Shown: positions 37,106 through 47,640, counted from the first letter of the stretch. The stretch is DNA of 60,345 nucleotides from a virus (IMGVR_UViG_3300027861_000031:1-60345); one strand, 5' to 3'. Notes: generated by a model not told the origin, from the sequence alone. Program-made: numbers and translations.

Positions 37106-40100
37106 ATGGCAGAACCAACACCAAAATCTTATGAACAGATATTGTCAGACATGTCTGTTACATATCTTGCTAAAATCGGAATTGACGACCTCAATACGGC
37201 GTCAGCTAATCAATCGTTTTTTGAAGCGGTAGCTCAAGCAGTATATAGAGCCTCTGCCGATACTTTTTCTATTTTAAGAGATTTTAATGTAGATCGTGCG
37301 ACAGGAGAAAAACTTAAGCGCATTGCTGAAGAAGAAAATGTAAGTGTTAGCGGCGACAAGGTTACTACAGGAACCATTACTATTAGTGATAGTTCTTTTG
37401 ATAAGATTGTTACAAAGGTATATGCTGGAGCAAACCCTCCAAATATTGGCTCTACCGTTATTAAGGTATCTGACGCCTCTTTGTTTACACCCACTGGAAG
37501 TATTTACATGGGTCGTGGTACTCCTAACGTTGAAGGACCGCTATCTTACACATCTATAGCTGCAGTTGGTGGTTTTTATGAGATAACACTTTCAGTTGCA
37601 ACTACTAAATTTCATAATTTATCAGAATCAGTAATATTATCTCAAGGAGGCGTTAGAACAGTTAATGCTGGCGAGATTGTAGTAGCTCCAGCTTCTGGCG
37701 ATACAACAGATATTAAATTTACACTAACGCAAAAAGCAACAATACTTGACGGTGAAAAAACCATCACAGGCGTTGCGGTGGCTGCTCAAGAGCCTGGAAC
37801 TGACGGTAACGTACCTAAAGGTGGTATTAAGAGTTTTTCATCAGTTCCTTTTTCAGGAGCTACAGTTACTAACGACGTTGGATTTACTACAGGTAAAAAC
37901 GCCGATACTGACGCTGAAATTAGAAACAACATTAAGAAAATTAGAACATCTAGAGGTTTAGGGACTGCTGTTGCGGTTCAGTCCTCTGTTTTAGGCGCTC
38001 AAGCTCCAGACGAAAATGCAACAGTAACTTCTAATGAAATCTTTAGCGACGGAACTACAACAACATTATTTATCGATAACGGCGCTGGATATGAAGAACT
38101 ATCTCAAGGAGTTGCCTTAGAGCTTATTATTGATTCAGCTTTAGGTGGTGAAACTCACTTCCAACTAGCAAACGGAGGTCGTCAAACCTCTATAGCTAAA
38201 GCTTCCCTACTCTCAAATGAAACATCTCCTTTTGTTATTAACGGCACTGATAGACTTGCTATATTGATAGGTGGAGTGTTAAGCGAACATATCTTTGTAG
38301 ACGCCGACTTTCGATCTCCTGGTAATGCAACTGCTTTTGAAGTTGTAGCTTCTATTAATGCAAATTCTACGATAGATTTTGAAGCTAGAACTTCTGAAGG
38401 TGGAACTAGAATTTCTCTATCAGCTAGAGCAGAGGTTGATGAGTTTATTGAAAAAACAACTCCAACCACAGGAACTGACGTTGCAGACGCTTTAGGTCTT
38501 CCTTCTGGAGAGGTTAAAACATTAAGAATTTACAAAAACAAACTACCTTTAAATATAAACGGTAGAGTTGCTCAGATAACTTCTGAAGATCAGGTAAACT
38601 GGTCAGCAACTATTACTACTGGTGAAACTCTAGATATCTCTATTGATGATACTGCTGAAATAACATACACATTTACAGACGCTGATTTTTTAGCTGAAGG
38701 AACGCATACTACGGTTGATAAAAACAATACGCTTGCATCATGGGTAAATGTTATTAACTCTAAAGTTACCGGCATAACCGCTTCTGTTAACGGCAATAAG
38801 TTAGTTTTTGATTCTAATCTTGGAGCGCTAGCTAGAGCAGAAATAGCTATCAATGTTACATCAACTTTAGTTACAAAAGGTATGTTTACCGTATCTTCAG
38901 GCTTAACCGCTCAAGGAGCTGAGTCTGACTTAACTTTATCTAGAAATACTTCTCAATTTAAAACTAAAAACCCTTTAGCGGCTGGAGACAGTCTAACTTC
39001 GGGTACAGAATTTACCAAAGCTAGAATTGAAAGTGCTAAAATATTAGGCGGTAGTACAACTCTAGCAGCTGATGCGGAAGTATGGTTTTTAATGGACAAC
39101 CAAGACGCATCAATAATCAATACTGGAGTTATAGCAGACACTACAATTACTGTTTCCAAAATAGGGTCTAATACTGTAAGGTATACGTCAAACAGTGCAA
39201 CGGCTTTTACTAACGTTGTAGTAGGAGATAACACAATAGTTTGGGCTGCTGAGCTATCGGCTGGAAACAGACTCGAAGCTAGAGTTAATGCTAGAACTGA
39301 TTCAACTATAGATTTAAAAGTATCACCTACCGAATATGCTGCTGCGGTTGCGGAAGGTCCAGTTGTGTGGGATAAAGGTATTGCTGTTACTAGAACTGAT
39401 CAGGCTATTCAAAAAGTAGTTGTAGCAGCCGGTACATACAACATAAATACTATTGCAGGACTTTTAGATGCGGCGATCTTAGGAGCCAAATCAACTTCTG
39501 AAGGCGATGAGCTTTTAATAGTAACTACTGAAACTGAAGACGAAACTGGTGAAGTGTTTATAGTTACCTTTAATACAGCAGCGCAAAGCTTAAACTTTAC
39601 TAGAGGTGCAAGAAGCCAATCTCAAGCATCACTTTTTGCTTTTTATGAAAGTGGAAGTAGTGATACAGACTTTCCTTTGTTCGTACATGCAAAGATCACA
39701 GACGATAATTCTGCCGACCCACCAACTACTTTTATTCCAGACTTTGATAGTGCGGTTAACCTATCAACCGCCGGAATTGACCCAAACGCCTTGGTTTGCA
39801 TGTTAGAGCCTTACGGCACTATTCAAGACAATATTGCAGCCAACGAGTGTGTTCAAATTGATGGAATAACAACTTTAAACGTTGATATTTCTGATAGTGA
39901 ATTAATTAGAAGACTAAGGATTGACGATAGATTTTACGTTGCTGACGGTTTTCAGTTTAGTGCTGAGGATACCTTAGTAGCTATATTGGATGGAGACCCT
40001 TCCAACAAAACATTCCCAATCCCTCTTTTTAGAAGAGCTATTACAAACAATACTATGGGAATTGACACAAACAACTGGAGAGCATACGATACAGAGTCTG

Positions 40101-43018
40101 GAGCGACTACAGAATTTTCAGAATTCTTTGGCTCTACATACGATTTTAAAAACTACCGTGCCTTAATGAACGCTAAAAACGTTATCCACCCTACCAGCCC
40201 TTTAGCGGCTGAAGACGCCGTTTTATTTAGAAGCGTTGAGTGGGGTCGATCTGGTGAAAGAGTTAATGTTGGATATTCATACCCAACAGCTCCAAGCCAA
40301 GCCATCGGTCATAGTATTATTGTTGGCGATAAAGTTGTCATTAAAATTAATTTAAAATCTGGAGTTGCAGTTTCAAACACTATTGACGGAACTACAGAGT
40401 GGGACGTTACAGTATCAACCGTTAGTGGTATTGATGAAGTAACATACACATATAACGCTACTGGAACAAACCCAACTATTGGGGCGGCGCTATCTTCTGG
40501 AGGATACGTTACTATTAATGGTAACGGAGAGTTTGCAGCTGAAAACACAGGTACTTTTAGGGTATCGGCAGCAACTTCAACATCTTTTACAACTATTAGA
40601 AAGATCGGAGAAGCCACTGCTGAAACAAATAAAGCAACATTAACTAGTACTACTATTAGTTTGTTTGAAAATAGCGCTACTACGGCTGATGAAATTAACA
40701 CATATGTGGGAGCTAATTTAGGAGACCATATAACATCATCTTTAATTGATGACACTGGAGTTACTGGAGCTGGCGTTCTTATCAAATCAACTGATGAGGA
40801 TACAGATTTTGCTAGCGCCGGAGTTGATCTCCTAGACGGTATGAACTGGGTAGAGTCTTCTGCATTAGCAGCCGGCGCACCTAGCTTTCAATTTAGATTT
40901 AAAAACGCTTTAAGTCTATCTTTTTTCGATACCTCAACCGCTAACGCATACGCTTTTAACGTAGGAGAAGAAGTTAGGTTAATCCCAACTACAGCCGCTC
41001 AAACGGTAGCCTTTATGAACGTATTAGCAGTTACTGGATTCACAACTCTTGGAGATATAAATACATCCTCTAGAGAGAGAAAGGTCCAATTTAGAACTGA
41101 GATATTAGGCTCTAACGGTATTGTTCAAATTACAGGTGGTAATGCTAACGCTAGTAGCGCTCAAATCTTACAAGCAGCCTCTAGAGTAGGTACTGCTGAT
41201 AGAATGAAAGGAACTATTCTCAAAAGTGCATCTTCAGGGTTTCACGCTGATCAGTGGGTTAAACTAACCGCCGCTCAAGCTCAGCAAAAAGATACTGGGA
41301 TGAGCTTTGCAACTACGGTTGATATTACTGGAAATTCACCAACGGCTGGAAAGTCTACAATAACATTGGCTGTTCGTGACGCTCACGACCATTACTTTGG
41401 GGAGCCTAGAAATTTCTTTAGAGATAGAGGTAGAATTTTTCATGTAGAAAAGCACGGTAAATTAGTTTCTATTGCTTGGGATGAGACAGGCTCTGACCCA
41501 GTATTTAATAAAACTGTAGAAATAAACGATGCAGCCGCTACAATATCTGTCAATAAAAACGACGTTACAGGGTTTACAGAATATACTGTTGATTCTGGAG
41601 TTCTAAACTTTATGGAAGCTCAGCGTGGTGATAAGTTTACCTCCACAACTTTAACGGACGCTGTTAATAACGGTACTTTCAACGTTGTTGGAATATCGGA
41701 CGACGCTTTAACAATCGTTGTTGATAATAGCTCTGGAGTTGATGCCGCCGGACAAGCTCTTGGTATGAGTGCTCTATCGATAACTACTGAAATTCAAGAG
41801 GGAGACTCTATTGTTATTGGCGCTCCATTCACCACATTAAATCGTGGGACTTTTAGAGTTATTAGAAGATATAATAAAAGTATTTACATTGAAAATACTA
41901 GCGCTGTTGAGGAAACAGTAACAGTGGTTGATAATTTACGATCTTTAGGTTTTGACGGAACTACAGAGTTTGACGTGGTAGTTTCTGGTGGAATTATGAG
42001 AGTAGAGTTTAACGCTACTGGAACAACCCCAACCTTAGAAAACGCCAAATATGGAGATGAGGTTACTATAGGTACTGACTTTGCAGCTGCAAATAGAGGT
42101 ATCTTCTCAGTAGTAAATACTGGAAGTAACTTTATAGAATGTTCTAACGCTTTAGCAACCGCTGAAACATCCGTTACGATTGCAGACGTTCTTGAAGCTC
42201 ACCAACCTTCAATCAAAATATCAGAGTATGACGTAACATCTATCGGAGATACTTTTGTAGTTTCTGGAGATGTTTTTGCCGGCGACAATATTGGAAGTTT
42301 TACTGTTGATGAAGTTTTAAACAAAAAATCAATCGTTGTAGATTCAATACTTGTTAATAAAGTTACAGTGCAGTTAGAAGAAAAATTCACTCAAGTTCGT
42401 GTTGAAGAAAGTCTCAAGTATACTGGATATAAGCAAATTTACAACACTACGGTAGACCCAAGCAATAGTACTAGAAGTTGTTTAATTTTCACTACTGATG
42501 AGCAGTACTTAAAAATAAATAAGGATGCTGGGGAGATAACCCTATCAGCTATGAGTAAGTTAAACTTCAACACTTCTGTTAGAAAAGGTTTTGACTCTTA
42601 CAGATTCCATACTGGATTAATTGCTGAATCAAACAGAATTGTCTACGGAGACCCAAGAGATAATATTACATATCCTGGTACTTCCGCAGCCGGCGCTGAG
42701 ATTTTCATCCAACCTCCTTTGGTTAGACGAATCGAAGTTGGCGTTGGAGTTAGGGTTAATACTGGTATTCCATTTAGCAAGGTTACAGAACAGGCTAGAA
42801 ACAACATCGCAGCCTTGGTTAACTCAAGCCCTATCGGACAGTCAATTGCAATATCTGATATAGTTTCTGTTGTAAATAGCATTCCAGGTGTAAAAGCAGT
42901 ATCTATTACTTCTCCAACTTTTGATATATCAAACGACGTGATAGTGATTAGTCCTTCTGAAAAACCATTCATCTTAGATATTGTTAACGATATTACCATC
43001 TCAAAGGTTGACGGCTAA
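37106..43018 (+). CDS. Very large baseplate J/gp47-like wedge protein
   Basis: N-terminal ATGEKL, GTDGNV, DTDAEIR; C-terminal IGQSIAISD...IPGV; long beta-rich insert. Confidence 0.75.
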   Translation: MAEPTPKSYEQILSDMSVTYLAKIGIDDLNTASANQSFFEAVAQAVYRASADTFSILRDFNVDRATGEKLKRIAEEENVSVSGDKVTTGTITISDSSFDKIVTKVYAGANPPNIGSTVIKVSDASLFTPTGSIYMGRGTPNVEGPLSYTSIAAVGGFYEITLSVATTKFHNLSESVILSQGGVRTVNAGEIVVAPASGDTTDIKFTLTQKATILDGEKTITGVAVAAQEPGTDGNVPKGGIKSFSSVPFSGATVTNDVGFTTGKNADTDAEIRNNIKKIRTSRGLGTAVAVQSSVLGAQAPDENATVTSNEIFSDGTTTTLFIDNGAGYEELSQGVALELIIDSALGGETHFQLANGGRQTSIAKASLLSNETSPFVINGTDRLAILIGGVLSEHIFVDADFRSPGNATAFEVVASINANSTIDFEARTSEGGTRISLSARAEVDEFIEKTTPTTGTDVADALGLPSGEVKTLRIYKNKLPLNINGRVAQITSEDQVNWSATITTGETLDISIDDTAEITYTFTDADFLAEGTHTTVDKNNTLASWVNVINSKVTGITASVNGNKLVFDSNLGALARAEIAINVTSTLVTKGMFTVSSGLTAQGAESDLTLSRNTSQFKTKNPLAAGDSLTSGTEFTKARIESAKILGGSTTLAADAEVWFLMDNQDASIINTGVIADTTITVSKIGSNTVRYTSNSATAFTNVVVGDNTIVWAAELSAGNRLEARVNARTDSTIDLKVSPTEYAAAVAEGPVVWDKGIAVTRTDQAIQKVVVAAGTYNINTIAGLLDAAILGAKSTSEGDELLIVTTETEDETGEVFIVTFNTAAQSLNFTRGARSQSQASLFAFYESGSSDTDFPLFVHAKITDDNSADPPTTFIPDFDSAVNLSTAGIDPNALVCMLEPYGTIQDNIAANECVQIDGITTLNVDISDSELIRRLRIDDRFYVADGFQFSAEDTLVAILDGDPSNKTFPIPLFRRAITNNTMGIDTNNWRAYDTESGATTEFSEFFGSTYDFKNYRALMNAKNVIHPTSPLAAEDAVLFRSVEWGRSGERVNVGYSYPTAPSQAIGHSIIVGDKVVIKINLKSGVAVSNTIDGTTEWDVTVSTVSGIDEVTYTYNATGTNPTIGAALSSGGYVTINGNGEFAAENTGTFRVSAATSTSFTTIRKIGEATAETNKATLTSTTISLFENSATTADEINTYVGANLGDHITSSLIDDTGVTGAGVLIKSTDEDTDFASAGVDLLDGMNWVESSALAAGAPSFQFRFKNALSLSFFDTSTANAYAFNVGEEVRLIPTTAAQTVAFMNVLAVTGFTTLGDINTSSRERKVQFRTEILGSNGIVQITGGNANASSAQILQAASRVGTADRMKGTILKSASSGFHADQWVKLTAAQAQQKDTGMSFATTVDITGNSPTAGKSTITLAVRDAHDHYFGEPRNFFRDRGRIFHVEKHGKLVSIAWDETGSDPVFNKTVEINDAAATISVNKNDVTGFTEYTVDSGVLNFMEAQRGDKFTSTTLTDAVNNGTFNVVGISDDALTIVVDNSSGVDAAGQALGMSALSITTEIQEGDSIVIGAPFTTLNRGTFRVIRRYNKSIYIENTSAVEETVTVVDNLRSLGFDGTTEFDVVVSGGIMRVEFNATGTTPTLENAKYGDEVTIGTDFAAANRGIFSVVNTGSNFIECSNALATAETSVTIADVLEAHQPSIKISEYDVTSIGDTFVVSGDVFAGDNIGSFTVDEVLNKKSIVVDSILVNKVTVQLEEKFTQVRVEESLKYTGYKQIYNTTVDPSNSTRSCLIFTTDEQYLKINKDAGEITLSAMSKLNFNTSVRKGFDSYRFHTGLIAESNRIVYGDPRDNITYPGTSAAGAEIFIQPPLVRRIEVGVGVRVNTGIPFSKVTEQARNNIAALVNSSPIGQSIAISDIVSVVNSIPGVKAVSITSPTFDISNDVIVISPSEKPFILDIVNDITISKVDG

Positions 43019-44625
43019 TGAGTACTAAAGACATAGAAAAAGCAAGACTTAGAAGCTATTTAAACCCTTCTATAAGGGGACCAAACGTTGATAAGGTTTT
43101 AGAGTCTCTTGCTAGCGGTCCTTTACATTTAATTGATAATGTAGAGGCTGTTACAGATATGCTTTATATCGCTACGGCTGAAGGGCAATATCTAGATCAG
43201 CTATTGGCAGGTAGAGATATTACAAGACCTGATAATATCGGTTTATCTGATGAGATATTTAGAGAGCTTGGTATTGCAGTTACTACTAGAAAACAGGTTA
43301 GAGATTTAGTTCATGAAATTCTTAGAGTTATGTATGGAGAAGAATTTGTAAGAGCCTCCGTTAGATCGGCTGAGCTTGAAACATATGCTTTAGCTGACGC
43401 TGATACGTTGATTATGAGTTTTGACGATTTAGACCCTATTGAAGTAACCTTCAGTACAGGACAGTTCTCAAACATAGCTGCTGCTACAGCTCAAGAGGTT
43501 GCAGATGCTATTACAAAAGAAATACGTAGGCTTGGTAAGAATGGAGCGGCTGTTGCTAAAGATGACGGCGTTGGTGGATATGTTAATATTATATCTGAAA
43601 CAAACGGTCCATCATCATCCGTTAAAGTTCTTGGAGGTAAAGCTCAAAACAAATTGAAGTTTAATGAGATTCGACCTACGGGAGGTGTTTCAACTACTCA
43701 ATGGACTTTATCTCTAGAAAACGGCGGTATCGTTCGAGCTACATGGTCAGGAGGACCAGACCCAAAAGTTGGAGTTGTTGAAAAAGATGACTATGTTAAC
43801 ATATACGGTACTGCTTTTGACGTAGATAATAGAGGTACTTTCACAGTCACAACAGCTCAAGGCGGTCTAGTAGGCTCTGCCTTTATCGAGTGGGAAAACG
43901 TCACTGGAGTGGCTGAAACAAAGACTCAGGGAACTGACGAAGGAATCTTATTTTTCAATCCAATCAGGAAAACGTTAAACTCTCAAGTAACCTGGGCTGC
44001 AGCGTTTCAAACGGAAAATAGACTATTAGAAGTTTTTATCCCAGCAACTACTAAAGTTGTGAGGCGTGATAGAGCTGGAGCTTCTCACTTACATGATACT
44101 GGAGCTTCTTTAGCAGATCAGCTTGGACCGTATACTTTTGATATCACAAAACCTTATCTGATAGGAGCCGAAGAGTGCAACACTACCCAGGAGGTAGATG
44201 CGTCTTCAGGATTAATCATTACTGTTGATGATTCAACTCCAATGCCAGACGAGCAAGGGAAGTTGATATTTGGATTTGGAACCTCTAAAGAAGAAGGACC
44301 AGTACCTTATATTTCTAGACCTTCTTCTTCTAGCTTAATGATAAACCCATCCTATGCTTTCCAAAACGTACACGCCTCAGGAACTAACATATCTTTAGTT
44401 GCTCAAGACTACGCATATGACGTTGACAAGGATGGAACAGATTTTCCTTTTTATGCTACAGATATTGTTTCTGGTCGTATTTATACGGAAGATTTAATAA
44501 ACTCTATAACTGCAACAGGAATTAATGTTGTAATAACAATACTGTATCCTTCAGATATTGGTCTTGCTAAAGCTGGAACGGAATTTTCAGATAAGACTTT
44601 TGTTTGGGGAAATGACCCAACATGA
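43018..44625 (+). CDS. Baseplate wedge protein (gpI/gp48-like N-terminus)
   Basis: TAEGQYLD...LSDEIFR; follows baseplate J. Confidence 0.6.
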   Translation: MSTKDIEKARLRSYLNPSIRGPNVDKVLESLASGPLHLIDNVEAVTDMLYIATAEGQYLDQLLAGRDITRPDNIGLSDEIFRELGIAVTTRKQVRDLVHEILRVMYGEEFVRASVRSAELETYALADADTLIMSFDDLDPIEVTFSTGQFSNIAAATAQEVADAITKEIRRLGKNGAAVAKDDGVGGYVNIISETNGPSSSVKVLGGKAQNKLKFNEIRPTGGVSTTQWTLSLENGGIVRATWSGGPDPKVGVVEKDDYVNIYGTAFDVDNRGTFTVTTAQGGLVGSAFIEWENVTGVAETKTQGTDEGILFFNPIRKTLNSQVTWAAAFQTENRLLEVFIPATTKVVRRDRAGASHLHDTGASLADQLGPYTFDITKPYLIGAEECNTTQEVDASSGLIITVDDSTPMPDEQGKLIFGFGTSKEEGPVPYISRPSSSSLMINPSYAFQNVHASGTNISLVAQDYAYDVDKDGTDFPFYATDIVSGRIYTEDLINSITATGINVVITILYPSDIGLAKAGTEFSDKTFVWGNDPT

Positions 44626-45311
44626 TATATTACTTTTATAAAATAGTAAATAAAATTAACAACAAAATATACTATGGGGTTCATAAAACTAAAAATATTG
44701 ATGATGGTTATATGGGCAGCGGTATCGCTATTAAAAGAGCTGTTAAGAAATATAAAAAACACAACTTCTCAAAAAAAATTATTAAGTTTTTTGAAAATGA
44801 AAAAGATGCATATGATTTTGAAAAAAAATTCGTCAATAAAGATATAGTTAAAAACTCAAACACATATAACATGACCTTGGGTGGCTATGGAGGTTTTTCA
44901 CATATAGACTCAAAAGGAGAGAAAAACCCCATGTTCGGTAAAAGTGATAAAATGAAAGAAATCCAAAACAGACCTGAAGTAGCTTTGAAAAAATCTATAG
45001 CAATGACCAAAGAGAACAGGAAAAGATATGATAACGGTTATGTAAATCCCATAAAAGGCACTAACAATTACTGGAATGATATTGAAAAATCTAAAAAAGC
45101 CCGTAAGAAAATGTCTGAAAACCATGTAGATTGTGATGGAGAAAATAATACATTTTTTGGTAAAAAACACTCTAAAAAATCCATAGAAAGAATGTCCGAA
45201 AAACATAAAAATAGAAAAAAAATAGAATGCCCACATTGCTCTAAAGTCGGTGATATTTCAAATATGACAAGATGGCATTTAGATAACTGTAAAAAAATAA
45301 GGAGTGTTTAG
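44622..45311 (+). CDS. GIY-YIG (Seg-like) homing endonuclease with NUMOD3
   Basis: YKIVNKINNKIYYGVH, YMGSG, YNMTLGG, FFGKKHS, CPHC. Confidence 0.9.
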   Translation: MIYYFYKIVNKINNKIYYGVHKTKNIDDGYMGSGIAIKRAVKKYKKHNFSKKIIKFFENEKDAYDFEKKFVNKDIVKNSNTYNMTLGGYGGFSHIDSKGEKNPMFGKSDKMKEIQNRPEVALKKSIAMTKENRKRYDNGYVNPIKGTNNYWNDIEKSKKARKKMSENHVDCDGENNTFFGKKHSKKSIERMSEKHKNRKKIECPHCSKVGDISNMTRWHLDNCKKIRSV

Positions 45312-45736
45312 TGTCACAACCAACAGTGTTAAAAGGTGCTGAGTGTAAGATATATATTGGAGGTAAATTATACAATGAAGCGCAACAAATATCCTATACT
45401 ATAGATTATTCTGAAAAAGAAATTTATGGAATTGACAGTATTTTTCCTCAAGAGATCGCAACCACTCGTGTTTCAGTTCAAGGAACTGTTAGTGGAGTTC
45501 GAGTTAAGCTTTCTGGCGGTTTACAAGGTAAAGATATAACTACTAGAATTAATCAAAAACTATTCGCACCATATGTTTCTGTTGAAATCCGTGAAAGATT
45601 TTCTGAGACTAAAATTCTATTTATACCTCAGTGTAAGGTTGTGAGTGAATCTATGCAAGTGATGGGTAAAGGCATTGTTAAATTGAACTTTACCTTTAAG
45701 GGTATAATTCCGTTTAACGCTCTCGATATGAGTTAA
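45311..45736 (+). CDS. Tail tube-like protein
   Basis: 141-aa beta-rich protein with EIYGID..FPQEI; structural context. Confidence 0.5.
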   Translation: MSQPTVLKGAECKIYIGGKLYNEAQQISYTIDYSEKEIYGIDSIFPQEIATTRVSVQGTVSGVRVKLSGGLQGKDITTRINQKLFAPYVSVEIRERFSETKILFIPQCKVVSESMQVMGKGIVKLNFTFKGIIPFNALDMS

Positions 45737-45772
45737 CGACGCTAATTCTGCTCTAATTGATAATTATCATTT

Positions 45773-46066
45773 TCATTTATTTTCCCACCACCAATTTTCT
45801 TTTTCGATGTCTTGTAAATATAAGCTTACTACTTCAGCAGCTTCTTGGCAAGTCTTCATTTCAGATACCATCCAAGTAACATATCCCCACGTTGTATATG
45901 GGCTTCTTTTGCTTAATTCGTTAGGTTGATCAGTAAGGTGTGTAAGAATGAGGCTAATATTGCTAGTGTCATCATTATACCAAGCAACAAGCGTTCTATC
46001 GTTGAACGTAAACTCTTCAAGAAGCTTCCACCCGTCCTGCTCATCGATTGGATTATTGAAGTCCAC
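45773..46066 (-). CDS. Hypothetical protein
   Basis: GGAG RBS. Confidence 0.55.
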   Translation of the reverse strand: MDFNNPIDEQDGWKLLEEFTFNDRTLVAWYNDDTSNISLILTHLTDQPNELSKRSPYTTWGYVTWMVSEMKTCQEAAEVVSLYLQDIEKENWWWENK

Positions 46067-46076
46067 ACATTCTCCA

Positions 46077-46313
46077 TTATATTATAACGCATTTTTTAGT
46101 TTCAGAAGTTTCTTCACAGGCTCTTAGAGCTACAGCATATCCAAAACCAGCATCTCCAACCATTTTAGTATATGGTAGTTCTGCCTTTTTTACACGATAA
46201 TTCCAAACATTTCCTGGTAGTTCTTCTAAGGTATGGTCCTTAAAAACTTCCATATCTTCGGGGTATTTTTGTAGTTCTTCGATCAAATCTTTAACTTTCA
46301 TTAACGTCTCCAA
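46077..46313 (-). CDS. Hypothetical phage protein
   Basis: MKVKDLIEELQKYPEDMEV pattern. Confidence 0.6.
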   Translation of the reverse strand: METLMKVKDLIEELQKYPEDMEVFKDHTLEELPGNVWNYRVKKAELPYTKMVGDAGFGYAVALRACEETSETKKCVII

Positions 46314-46689
46314 GATCAGCCTTACAGTTTTTACATTGCCAGAATTTAGTACCTCCAGCAGTATTTTTAACCTTTTTTTGGTTTTCGCAGCAACTTCTTG
46401 CTATTTCAATACCTGTTATTTTAAAGTCAACAAATTTTCCCTTAGGTACTAATAATCTTTCTTTCATAGCTTTGTGGTATTGATCGCATTGTATTTTAAA
46501 GTGTTCAGGAATCGGTCCTAGTTTAGCAATATCAGAATCTTCTTGAGGAAGTTCAAGGTCTTTTTTAGAAGGTAATTTTCCACCTTGAGTTCTAGCTTTT
46601 TTGGCGTCATCTTCGATTTTACTATAAGATGTGCTCATATCCCATTTAGACATTTCTTTAAACATTAAATCAAAATTATCTTCATACAT
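46291..46689 (-). CDS. Hypothetical protein with C-terminal zinc ribbon
   Basis: CC...CKNCKADLG; GGAGGA RBS before ATG 46689. Confidence 0.55.
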   Translation of the reverse strand: MYEDNFDLMFKEMSKWDMSTSYSKIEDDAKKARTQGGKLPSKKDLELPQEDSDIAKLGPIPEHFKIQCDQYHKAMKERLLVPKGKFVDFKITGIEIARSCCENQKKVKNTAGGTKFWQCKNCKADLGDVNES

Positions 46690-46706
46690 ATAGTATCCTC
46701 CACTTA

Positions 46707-46735
46707 ATAATACCATAACTTACCCAAAATCACAA
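46707..46735 (-). promoter_or_regulatory. Minus-strand promoter TTGTGA-N17-TATTAT
   Basis: Variant TATGGTATTAT; its -35 overlaps the late motif. Confidence 0.5.
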
Positions 46736-46771
46736 TCTTTAATATAACTTCACAATAATGACAATCTTTAA
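46733..46771 (+). promoter_or_regulatory. Two CAATCTTTAA motifs (46733-46742, 46762-46771)
   Basis: Upstream of GIY-YIG and tail fibre genes. Confidence 0.55.
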
Positions 46772-46839
46772 CACATACCCTCCACGTAATTCCAACAAAT
46801 TCAAATAGTTATATCTAAAAGTGGAAATAATAGGATAAA

Positions 46840-47640
46840 ATGGTTTTATACGAAATTAAAAATAAAATCGATAGTAAAAAGTACGTTGGAATTACCAATA
46901 ACCTTAAAAGAAGATGGAAAGAACATCGATCTGAACTTAGAGGTAAAAGACATGGTAATCAACACTTACAATTTGCTTGGAATAAATACGAAGAAAAGTC
47001 CTTTGAGTTTAATATTATCAATAGTTTCAATAACTTAGACGAATTAAACAAAGCTGAAATTGACTACATTAATAGGTTTGATCTGAAGAATCCTAAAAAA
47101 GGATATAATATTGCTGACGGAGGCAATTCTTTTGAACACACAAGTGAAGCTAAGCAAGCAATTTCTACTAGTCAGGAAGTATCTGTAATCCGAAAATGCC
47201 TCGAAACAGGTAAAGAATATACGTATAAGAGGATATTAGACGTTGAGTTGGACGGTTTTGATCGTAAATCTATAGCAAACGCTTGTACTGATCGAGCTTT
47301 AACTTATCAAAAAAATGTATGGATGTATTTTAAAGATTATGAAGAAAACTCTACAAAACTATTAGATAAGTATAAAACTAGGCAAAATGTTAAAGCCAGA
47401 CCTTCCCGATATCGTAAAGTTTACGGAATGAATATTAAAACTAAAGACATTGTGGAATATGCGGCGGTATATCATACAAAAAATGACGGCTTTAGCTACC
47501 AAACTGTTAACAAATGCTGTAAACAGCCAAATATAAGTAAATCACATAGAGGCTATGTATGGTCTTTTGATAAAAAAGAGCTGGAAGATAAAATTGCGAT
47601 AGTTTTATGTAAAAAAACACACAAAGTATACAAGGATTAG
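46840..47640 (+). CDS. GIY-YIG homing endonuclease
   Basis: LYEIKNKIDSKKYVGIT, RWKEH, HLQFAWNKY, GYNIADGG, two HTH-like modules. Confidence 0.9.
   Translation: MVLYEIKNKIDSKKYVGITNNLKRRWKEHRSELRGKRHGNQHLQFAWNKYEEKSFEFNIINSFNNLDELNKAEIDYINRFDLKNPKKGYNIADGGNSFEHTSEAKQAISTSQEVSVIRKCLETGKEYTYKRILDVELDGFDRKSIANACTDRALTYQKNVWMYFKDYEENSTKLLDKYKTRQNVKARPSRYRKVYGMNIKTKDIVEYAAVYHTKNDGFSYQTVNKCCKQPNISKSHRGYVWSFDKKELEDKIAIVLCKKTHKVYKD

Noticed and set aside
44622-45311. Group I intron around the GIY-YIG genes (also 8044 and 46840)
   Set aside because: Neighbouring genes look complete and overlap or abut the nuclease ORFs, leaving no room for a ribozyme core.
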